From Candidatus Woesearchaeota archaeon (GTDB lineage: Archaea > Nanobdellota > Nanobdellia > SCGC-AAA011-G17 > GW2011-AR18): a DNA stretch of 60,133 nucleotides. The notes beneath the pieces are model-generated. The model worked only from the letters and a program-made list of their open reading frames with translations, was not told the origin of the DNA and did not search any database. This document shows positions 10,138 through 17,860 of the stretch, in pieces. How positions within the stretch are numbered: the first letter of the stretch is position 1; every line of letters starts with the position of its first letter. Both the position numbers and the translations under genes were made by a program. The stretch spans positions 1-60,133 of the forward strand of contig JAGWAD010000009.1 in the NCBI GenBank assembly GCA_018302105.1, given 5' to 3'.

Positions 10138-10893
10138 TTAAATAACTAAATCCCTAATTTCTTTTTGCAAGTTTATTCCTTTATCATAAATTTCTATTGA
10201 TCTAAGGTGGGGAGAATGGTATCCTTTAATCTTAAAGTCTTCTGTAAAAAATTTATCAACATTTTCTGTTCCTATTATTAATCTGAATTCTTTATGGATT
10301 GTATATTCTGATTTATATTCTGAAATTGCTCCAAAGTGTAACCAATTTGCATCGTCATTTTCAGTTTTATAATCTACAAATAATAGATAAGGAAGTGCTA
10401 TTCCATGCTTTAGTATTTTGTAATCTCCTTCAAGCATTAATCCTTGCATTATATGGCTAATTTCTACATTTAGAGATATTGTTGGTTCTGTAGTAATATC
10501 AAATCCAATTTGAGTAAACCATATTTGATCTGGAAATGAATAAAAATCTGCAAGAAATCTTCCTTTTTCTGTAAATGGATTATATAAGCTTAGAAATGGA
10601 GGTTTTATTTTGCCAAAAGCCAAAGCTAAATGATCATCATCCTGATCCATTCTTTGATTATATCTTATTTCTGCTAAAACTAATTCCCCATTTTTTGATT
10701 CTAATTCTTGTTTTAATTTTCTAAATTTGTTTTCATATTCTAAATTTCCATCTAACCACAATAATACATTGTCTGTTATTTCATCTCCGCTAGTTTCTCC
10801 ATTTAGAATTCTTTGTCTTAGTTCTTTATGCAATTTTTTATCTTTTGAATTTCTATAATCTTCAATTTTTTGAATTAATCCAGAATTTTGCAT
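10138..10893 (-). CDS. Hypothetical protein
   Basis: 251-aa ORF; no motif recognised. Confidence 0.7.
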   Translation of the reverse strand: MQNSGLIQKIEDYRNSKDKKLHKELRQRILNGETSGDEITDNVLLWLDGNLEYENKFRKLKQELESKNGELVLAEIRYNQRMDQDDDHLALAFGKIKPPFLSLYNPFTEKGRFLADFYSFPDQIWFTQIGFDITTEPTISLNVEISHIMQGLMLEGDYKILKHGIALPYLLFVDYKTENDDANWLHFGAISEYKSEYTIHKEFRLIIGTENVDKFFTEDFKIKGYHSPHLRSIEIYDKGINLQKEIRDLVI

Positions 10894-10955
10894 GTTTGTT
10901 TTGACTCTTTAACCTTTTTAATGATTGTTAAATTCTAAAATATATTAAAAAGAAA

Positions 10956-11531
10956 TCATTTACCTGTTCTTAGGTGAGCACCTAAACTTGGTCTTAGTTT
11001 TTCTGCTCCCTTTCCTTTATTTAGTAAACCACGAGATTTACGTCCAGCAGATGTTAATCCCCTATAAACTCTTCCTGTATGTTTTTTAGAACTTATCCAT
11101 TTCATATGCGGGTCAGCTTTTATTACAGGATGAGCAGGATCAACTAAAATAACTTCAAACCAATAATGTAATCCGTCTTTTCCAACTTTATATGAATTTA
11201 AAACTTCTAAATTTGGGAACATATTTGCAACTCTTTGTTCAGCAACTGCCTGATAACTTTTCTTTAATACTAATCTCTGGCCGAAATTTCTTGATCTTCT
11301 TCCTTTATTTACTGTAGGTCTTTGTTTTCCACCTCTTGGAAATCTTATTCTTGCTAAAATAAAACCTGGCTTTACTTTATATCCAAGTCTTCTTGCTGAT
11401 ATTAAATTTGTAGGATGTTCAATTCTAATTATATTTGTTTCTGATCTCCATTGGATCATTCTTTCTCTTTGCAATTGCACTAAACTTTCCTTATTTCTAT
11501 TAAGGTTTTTTAGTTGTTTATATAATCCCAT
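10956..11531 (-). CDS. rpl15e: 50S ribosomal protein L15e
   Basis: ARRLGYK, FPNLEVLNSY, WFEVILVDPAH and RGLTSAGRKSRGL. Confidence 0.98.
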   Translation of the reverse strand: MGLYKQLKNLNRNKESLVQLQRERMIQWRSETNIIRIEHPTNLISARRLGYKVKPGFILARIRFPRGGKQRPTVNKGRRSRNFGQRLVLKKSYQAVAEQRVANMFPNLEVLNSYKVGKDGLHYWFEVILVDPAHPVIKADPHMKWISSKKHTGRVYRGLTSAGRKSRGLLNKGKGAEKLRPSLGAHLRTGK

Positions 11532-11686
11532 AAATTTATGGCAAAGCTCCAGGTTTTTAAATGTTTTCTTTATTATTTAACTGAAGTATTGAAATTTTTT
11601 AACTATAGAAAAATCGAACTTAATGTTAAATATAGTTATTTTTGAACTCCCAAATCTTTATAAAGTAATAATTTTCTCTTTTTCTT

Positions 11687-11866
11687 ATGAAACTAGGTGG
11701 ATTATTTAAGATTGTTTTTGGCTTGTTATTAGTTATTGTTAGTATAGCAAGCTTATTTGTGTGGCCTAAATGGTGGGGATCTTTCTTGACATTATTGAAA
11801 GGCGGATTACCTGTAATAGTATTTTTAGTTGGTTTAGTATTTTTATTACTAGGCTTTGAAGACTAA
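11687..11866 (+). CDS. Small two-TM protein, 59 aa (not in ORF track)
   Basis: MKLGGLFKIVFGLLLVIVSIASLFVWPKWWGSFLTLLKGGLPVIVFLVGLVFLLLGFED; TTTATAAA upstream; TAATG overlap with the next gene. Confidence 0.8.
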   Translation: MKLGGLFKIVFGLLLVIVSIASLFVWPKWWGSFLTLLKGGLPVIVFLVGLVFLLLGFED

Positions 11867-12411
11867 TGGTATTTAGCATAATTGAAATATTAAATATAAT
11901 TTTAGCCACTTTAATAGTTGGATATATATTTACAGGTATTGTAAAAATTAAAAAAGACAATATTCTTTCTTTGAAAAGATTTGATTGGGATGAATTTAGA
12001 TTTAGTCTTTTAGTTTCTGCTCCTGGAGTTATATTACATGAATTGGCACATAAATTTATTGCTATTGGCTTTGGATTGCATTCTTTTTTTCAAGTATGGC
12101 CTTTAGGATTAGCAATTGGTGTAATTTTAAAATTATTAGGCAGTGGATTTATTTTATTAGCTCCTGGATATGTAACTACAATCGGTGCTACACCATTAGA
12201 ATCGTCTCTTGTTGCTTTATCAGGCCCAATATTAAATCTATTATTATTTTTAATTGCCAAACTTTTTGTGGATTATAAAAAAAATATGGGAAGAAAACAG
12301 GCTTTATTCTGGTTATATACTAAAGAAGTAAATAAATGGTTGTTTATATTTAATATATTACCAATACCTCCTTTAGATGGATATAAAGCATATGGATATT
12401 TATTATTTTAG
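11866..12411 (+). CDS. M50 (site-2 protease-like) intramembrane metalloprotease
   Basis: HELAH, SGP..N and FNILPIPPLDG. Confidence 0.93.
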   Translation: MVFSIIEILNIILATLIVGYIFTGIVKIKKDNILSLKRFDWDEFRFSLLVSAPGVILHELAHKFIAIGFGLHSFFQVWPLGLAIGVILKLLGSGFILLAPGYVTTIGATPLESSLVALSGPILNLLLFLIAKLFVDYKKNMGRKQALFWLYTKEVNKWLFIFNILPIPPLDGYKAYGYLLF

Positions 12412-12446
12412 ATAGATTTTAATATTTCTGGTTCTATAATTCTTTT

Positions 12447-12833
12447 ATGGATAAGCTGATGATTAAAGCAGTAGGTAATGATGATACGTATAATCATATA
12501 GAATTGTCCAAATCTCAAATATTTTTAGATAATTTACAGGATTTTGTTTTGAATATTGGTTTGGTTGGTGAAAAACAATTATCTTTTGTATATAATGATA
12601 AGAAATATGATATTAACACTTTTTTCTTATTATTTGAAGTTGATGAATATGAAGAAGTAGAAAGTAAAAATAAAATTGAAGATATTAATGGTCGTATATA
12701 TAGATATGATAATGAAGAAATTGAATTATTAGTGATATTTTTTAGCAACAGTATAGAATTAATATTTTATTGTGATAAAAAAAATAGAGAAATGATAATT
12801 GAAGCTTTGAAAAAATTTTGTGACTGGAAATAA
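12447..12833 (+). CDS. Hypothetical acidic protein
   Basis: 128-aa ORF with an upstream TATA-like element. Confidence 0.65.
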   Translation: MDKLMIKAVGNDDTYNHIELSKSQIFLDNLQDFVLNIGLVGEKQLSFVYNDKKYDINTFFLLFEVDEYEEVESKNKIEDINGRIYRYDNEEIELLVIFFSNSIELIFYCDKKNREMIIEALKKFCDWK

Positions 12834-12845
12834 TTATTGAAGGGA

Positions 12846-13484
12846 TTATTTTTTCTTTTTCTTTGGTTTAGGTTTACTATATTTAATTTGTTTTTTTCCA
12901 ATTTTCTTTTTAACTTTAATATGTTCTTCTTTTGGTCGTTTCTTTTCAGAAGCTGCTTTTTCTAATTCTGTTAATCTAGCCCTAATCTGTGTTATAAAAT
13001 CCTTTATTTTTTGTGTATTTTTTTCTTTATCTTCAGGATTTAATAATTTGCCACATTCAAAACATATAAAGTTATGTTCCATTGCATTTTCTAAAGTTAG
13101 CCTTACGCATTTATTTGGGCAAGAATAGAATTCATGTGCTTCTTCCCTTTCAAGCTGTTTTTCAAGTATTCTTATTCTTTCTTTTTTTAAGTGTAAAACT
13201 ACTTCTTCTGCTTGTTTTGAATTAAATGTATAAAAGTAGATATACCATCCTTTTTTCCTATCTTTTTTTCTTGTAGAACTAATCAGATTATATCTTTCGA
13301 ATTTATACATAATGTTTCTTATTTGATTTATAGTTAATTTTAGTTTTTCAGCTATTATGAACTCGTTTAAATTTTCCTTATCTTTTAGCAGCCTGTAGAT
13401 ACCTGCTGCATCAGAACCACCAACTTCACCAATCATATCTTCAATGTCTTTTTCCGTTATCATCTTCATTGTAATTTTGGGCAA
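12846..13484 (-). CDS. tfe: Transcription factor E (TFIIE-alpha)
   Basis: wHTH (NEFIIAEKL..INQIRNIMYK..GWYIYFY), Zn ribbon CPNKC..CFECG, basic tail; start uncertain (TTG or a downstream ATG). Confidence 0.9.
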   Translation of the reverse strand: MPKITMKMITEKDIEDMIGEVGGSDAAGIYRLLKDKENLNEFIIAEKLKLTINQIRNIMYKFERYNLISSTRKKDRKKGWYIYFYTFNSKQAEEVVLHLKKERIRILEKQLEREEAHEFYSCPNKCVRLTLENAMEHNFICFECGKLLNPEDKEKNTQKIKDFITQIRARLTELEKAASEKKRPKEEHIKVKKKIGKKQIKYSKPKPKKKKK

Positions 13485-13573
13485 AAAGCTTTATAAACCT
13501 TGCTTTTAGGTGAAAAATTCACTACACCACAATAATAAGAAAAGTTTTTAATTAGTTTTTCTTAAAAAGAGTT

Positions 13574-14059
13574 ATGGGAATATTTAAGAAAAAGCGCCAA
13601 ATTCAGCCAATGGAACAGCCTGTTATGCCTGTATTTCCAGATATTCCTGAGAATGATATGAATTCAGATGACAATGAATTTTCTACTTATGAACCAACTA
13701 TAGCAGATATTAAGAATCAGGTTTCTGGTGATGAAAACTTTGCAATCCCTGAAAGGAAAAGACCTATTTTAAGACCTTCAATAAATAAAAATGACTTTAA
13801 ATTTGAAGAAAATAGTCCTAGTGAGCAATCATTCTCATTTGATGAAGAAAAACCTATTTTTGTAAGAATGGACAATTATAAAGAAGCTTTGAAACATTTA
13901 AAAAATTTAAAAGAAAAAATAGAAGATGCTCAAAATGTGCTTGCTGAACTTGATAGTATAAGAGAAGAAGAAGAGATAAAAATAGAAGAATGGAGAAAAG
14001 AACTCCAAAATATAAAAGAAAAAATGTTGTCTATAGATAAGCACCTGTTTGAGGTTTAA
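13574..14059 (+). CDS. Hypothetical protein: MGIFKKK start, acidic/Pro linker, C-terminal coiled coil
   Basis: KPIFVRMDNY followed by a long heptad helix. Confidence 0.8.
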   Translation: MGIFKKKRQIQPMEQPVMPVFPDIPENDMNSDDNEFSTYEPTIADIKNQVSGDENFAIPERKRPILRPSINKNDFKFEENSPSEQSFSFDEEKPIFVRMDNYKEALKHLKNLKEKIEDAQNVLAELDSIREEEEIKIEEWRKELQNIKEKMLSIDKHLFEV

Positions 14060-14450
14060 AGTGAAATCTAAATCTAAGAAAATTAATGAAACTAAGGAAG
14101 TAATGCATATTAAAATTGATAGGCCTATTTCTATGAGAAAAGAGATATTAAAAAATGCAATTACAGCTACTAAGTTATTACAAGATTATGATGAAATAAA
14201 AATCTTAAGGGAAACAAAGAAATCTTTATTTGATGAATTAAGGTCTTTAGGCAGTGAAATAATTGTATTGCAAAGAAACCTTCATAATTCTATTCCATCT
14301 TTGCCTGAAGAACCTACTATTAATAAAGCCAGAGACGTCAACCAGACTATACCTAAATTTGATTTTGAAAGTGTAAAAGAGAAAACTGATGTAGATAAAT
14401 TAAAGGGCGAACTTGCAGAGATAGAAGCTAAATTGAAGCAGCTTGGTTAG
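14049..14450 (+). CDS. Hypothetical coiled-coil protein
   Basis: Operon-like packing; helical C-terminus LAEIEAKLKQL; start uncertain. Confidence 0.75.
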   Translation: MRFKVKSKSKKINETKEVMHIKIDRPISMRKEILKNAITATKLLQDYDEIKILRETKKSLFDELRSLGSEIIVLQRNLHNSIPSLPEEPTINKARDVNQTIPKFDFESVKEKTDVDKLKGELAEIEAKLKQLG

Positions 14451-14454
14451 GTTT

Positions 14455-15078
14455 ATGCAAATATTTACAGAACATAAAGCAGAAGAATTTCTTGAGAGAG
14501 AGGGTTTTCCAGTTGTTCAAAGGAGATTATTTAATGATTATGTAAGTGCTTTTAATTATGCAAAAAGAATTGGTTTTCCAGTTGTTCTAAAATTAGCTTC
14601 AGATAAATTATTGCATAAAACAGAAGTCAATGCTGTTAGATTAAATGTTAATTCTGAGAATTTCTTAAGGGAATTTATGAATCTAATTACTATGAAAATT
14701 GAGAAACAAGGAGTTATGGTCCAAAAATTTATTAATGGGAAATTTGTTATTTTAGGTATTAAAAAAGATCCAACTTTCGGACATGTTATTGTTGCAGGGA
14801 TTGGCGGAATATTTGCTGAAGTAATAAAAGACGTCAGTTTTAGAATTCTTCCAATAAATAAAAAAGAAGCTTTGGAAATGTTAAAAGAGCTTAAAGGTCA
14901 TGAGATACTAACAAGTTATAGGGAAGAGAAAATTGGTGTAAAACAGATTATTGAAGTGATGCTGAAGATTTCTAAGATTGCGAAAAAATATCCTGAAATT
15001 TCTGAATTAGATATAAACCCACTAATTGTGAATGCAAATAATGCCAATATTGTTGATGCGAGAATTGTTTTTGAATGA
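14455..15078 (+). CDS. acdB: ADP-forming acetate/acyl-CoA ligase beta subunit (ATP-grasp)
   Basis: IGFPVVLK, HKTE, DPTFGHV..GIGG and ELDINP..VDARI; ATG 14455 preferred over TTG 14443. Confidence 0.9.
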   Translation: MQIFTEHKAEEFLEREGFPVVQRRLFNDYVSAFNYAKRIGFPVVLKLASDKLLHKTEVNAVRLNVNSENFLREFMNLITMKIEKQGVMVQKFINGKFVILGIKKDPTFGHVIVAGIGGIFAEVIKDVSFRILPINKKEALEMLKELKGHEILTSYREEKIGVKQIIEVMLKISKIAKKYPEISELDINPLIVNANNANIVDARIVFE

Positions 15079-15082
15079 ATTT

Positions 15083-15328
15083 TCAAACTTTTTTATAATC
15101 AGAGAACCAATAATAAGAATATAGTGAATCATTAATATAAAAAAACCTCGTTTTTCTGTTTCCTATTCTTCCTTCTTTTATCTTACTAATAACATATTCT
15201 CTGCCAGGGATAATAGAATTTTTTATTATTTTTGATAGATTTCTTATTTCCCAGGAATTTCTTGTTTTTATTTTATCACCTTTACTTATTTTCAATGCTT
15301 CTTCTAAAGTCAATGGCAATTCTTCCAT
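15083..15328 (-). CDS. Small hypothetical protein
   Basis: 81-aa ORF with ATG start and an upstream AT box. Confidence 0.55.
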   Translation of the reverse strand: MEELPLTLEEALKISKGDKIKTRNSWEIRNLSKIIKNSIIPGREYVISKIKEGRIGNRKTRFFYINDSLYSYYWFSDYKKV

Positions 15329-15384
15329 AAACTATATTATCAATTAATATTAAAAAAGATTTAGTAAAGAATTTTGTAATAATT

Positions 15385-16680
15385 TTATATTTTGTGTAAA
15401 TTATTTATTAATTTTGCAGCTCTTTCAATTTCTGAAAAACAAATGATATTATTCTCTTCTAATAGTTCAATAGAATGCTTAAAACTTTCTTCGCCTAATA
15501 AACAGCAGATGAAATTTACATTAGATTCTTTTTTAAAATTTATTATCTCTTCTGCGATATTCATATCGTCTGTCATGTCCTGGGGCGTGATTATTATAAC
15601 TAAATTATTATAGAAATTTTCTTTTTTTATTTTTGATAGAACTTCTTTAAATCTTGAAGAATCTGCATCTCCTAAAACATCAATTGGATTATCTGGATAG
15701 GACAAAAATAACTTAGAATTTTTATGACAAGAAAGATCTATGCCTGGCAATAAATCTGCAAATAAAACTCCCGGACCACCAGCATTTGTCAATATTAATG
15801 TTCTTTTTCCATTATTCTTATTATTTTTAGAAAGAAATTTTGCTAAATCAAGACTTTCATTTAGACTTTTTATAAAGTAAGCTCCTGCTTGCCTGCATGC
15901 TGCTTTATATATTTCATATGAACCTGCTAATGACCCTGTATGAGAATGTGCTGCTTTTTTTCCTTCTTCTGTTTTTCCAGCTTTTATAACTATTACTGGT
16001 TTTTTTGTTTTTTTAATTAGATCCATAAATATCTTTCCATTTTTTAATGTTTCAATATAAAGAAGTATAACTTTTGTTTCTTTGTCATTAATTAAATATT
16101 CTAAAGCTTCGTTAAAATCTATATCTAGCATATCACCAAAACTTATGAATTTAGAAAAACCAAGATTGTTTTTTTTACTGTAATCTGCTATAAAACTCCA
16201 TAAAGCCCCTGATTGGGATGCAAATGCTACATTTCCTTTTCTTGGAGATAATCTTGCAAATGTGCAATCCAAATTAAAATGTGTATTTACTACTCCAAAA
16301 TTATTTGGACCTAAAATTCTTATTTTGTTTTTTTTAATAATTTCCAGGATTTCATTTTCCCTGTCTTTTCTTCCTATATCTGAAAAACCTGATGAAATTA
16401 TTATACAATTTTTAAAATTTTTATATGCACAATCTTGTAAAACCTGTTTTACAACTATTGCAGGTACTGCTATAATTACCAAATCTACTTTTTCATTTAT
16501 CTCTTTTAAATTTTTATATGCTTTTTTGCCAAAAATTTCATAACCTTCTGCATTTACATAGAATATTTTTCCTTTAAAGTTAAATAACTTTTTTACTAAA
16601 GTATGGCCTACTTTTCCTGGTTTTTTAGATGCACCAACTATTGCTATTGATTTTGGATAGAAAAATTGGCTTAATGACAT
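15385..16680 (-). CDS. acdA: ADP-forming acetate/acyl-CoA ligase alpha subunit
   Basis: PKSIAIVGAS, LGPNNFG, SQSGA, phospho-His loop AHSHTGSLAG, TNAGGPG and NPIDVLGDA. Confidence 0.93.
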   Translation of the reverse strand: MSLSQFFYPKSIAIVGASKKPGKVGHTLVKKLFNFKGKIFYVNAEGYEIFGKKAYKNLKEINEKVDLVIIAVPAIVVKQVLQDCAYKNFKNCIIISSGFSDIGRKDRENEILEIIKKNKIRILGPNNFGVVNTHFNLDCTFARLSPRKGNVAFASQSGALWSFIADYSKKNNLGFSKFISFGDMLDIDFNEALEYLINDKETKVILLYIETLKNGKIFMDLIKKTKKPVIVIKAGKTEEGKKAAHSHTGSLAGSYEIYKAACRQAGAYFIKSLNESLDLAKFLSKNNKNNGKRTLILTNAGGPGVLFADLLPGIDLSCHKNSKLFLSYPDNPIDVLGDADSSRFKEVLSKIKKENFYNNLVIIITPQDMTDDMNIAEEIINFKKESNVNFICCLLGEESFKHSIELLEENNIICFSEIERAAKLINNLHKI

Positions 16681-16724
16681 AATAAATTTTTAATTTAGAG
16701 ATATATAAATATTCTTTTTTAGCA

Positions 16725-17063
16725 TTAATAATTAAAACCTTGGCCCCAATCAAAAACTTTTTCTTTAGTTTCTGTGTTTAATCTACTTGTTATTTCTTTT
16801 TTGCTCCATAATGGTCTATAATCTGGAGCTACAATAAAACTTCTTATTGATATATCTTCATAAATTAATTCTAATGCAGAACAAAATTCGTTTAATTTAT
16901 TTTCTCTTTTTGCATTTGTGAATTCATTATTACATATTTCATAAAATTCATAAGTTGATTCTGCTCTTTTAAGACTGTCAAATAAAATTTCATATAAATG
17001 ATTATCATCCAAAGTAATTTCTTCCTTTTCTAAAATTATTTTATCTCTTTCGTATTTTTGCAT
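16725..17063 (-). CDS. Hypothetical protein
   Basis: ORF; ATG 17063 preferred because the longer start runs through the divergent promoter. Confidence 0.55.
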   Translation of the reverse strand: MQKYERDKIILEKEEITLDDNHLYEILFDSLKRAESTYEFYEICNNEFTNAKRENKLNEFCSALELIYEDISIRSFIVAPDYRPLWSKKEITSRLNTETKEKVFDWGQGFNY

Positions 17064-17117
17064 ATAAAAAAATATTTTAAAAAGATTTATAATTTTAATG
17101 TTTTTTAGAATCATTGC

Positions 17118-17678
17118 ATGGTTGACTGGTTAAGTCCGAAAAAAGGGATGATTAAGAGAATAGAAAATGATTTCTTTAAAAAGAATGCAGGGTGGAAAAT
17201 TCATTTAGCAGTAGATGAAGTAAATCAAACAAGAGTTTATCATTGGCTATTAGATCATTCTCCATATAGCTGTAAATACAAATCAGCTGATGAAGATGCA
17301 GGAAAGGATTTTACTATTTATATTGGGGGCTATGATGAAACTGAAAAATTTGTAATTAGATTAGAAAGAGAAATAGGTAATCTGTTAAAACCTTCAGAGA
17401 AAGATGCTAAAATTACAGATTTAGGTTTAACAGAAAATGTTTGTGCCCGTTTTCAACCTCCAAAAAATGGATTATTTGGCTCTAATGGATATCATGGAAT
17501 ACCATTATTGTTTTCTGATGCATCAAAAGCTATTTGGGATAAAGAAAATTTAAACATAGAAAATGCACTAAAATTATCTTATCAACAACTTTCTCAAATT
17601 TATGGTAAATATTTTACTGGAAGTAAAAATCAAGTATTAATGAAATTAGCTAAATATGTAAGTTTAAAAGGTTTGTAA
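17118..17678 (+). CDS. Stand-alone phosphothreonine-lyase-like protein (OspF/SpvC; LanKC/LanL lyase domain)
   Basis: GWKIHLAV, SCKY, GKDFTIY and D..AR motifs in the expected order. Confidence 0.65.
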   Translation: MVDWLSPKKGMIKRIENDFFKKNAGWKIHLAVDEVNQTRVYHWLLDHSPYSCKYKSADEDAGKDFTIYIGGYDETEKFVIRLEREIGNLLKPSEKDAKITDLGLTENVCARFQPPKNGLFGSNGYHGIPLLFSDASKAIWDKENLNIENALKLSYQQLSQIYGKYFTGSKNQVLMKLAKYVSLKGL

Positions 17679-17681
17679 ATA

Positions 17682-17774
17682 TATAGCAAACCACATAAAT
17701 TTTTAGTTAAAAGTGATTTGCTATCAGTCAACAACAAAAATAAAAAATACTAATTACTTTGTTGGTTGACTATA
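17682..17774 (+). repeat. Dispersed double-hairpin repeat, family A copy 3 (best preserved)
   Basis: TATAG..CTATA ends; stems ATAGCAAACCAC/GTGATTTGCTAT and AGTCAACAACAAA/TTTGTTGGTTGACT. Confidence 0.88.
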
Positions 17775-17860
17775 ATATTAAAATTACTTTTTTTAAATAT
17801 TAATTTCAAGAATAATGGTAATAAGAAGCTTTAAAAACTTTATTTGAATCAAATTTCTTA

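Noticed and set aside
10034-10141. 35-aa hydrophobic ORF overlapping the histone stop (ATGA)
   Set aside because: Plausible, but too short and AT-rich to support without conservation data.
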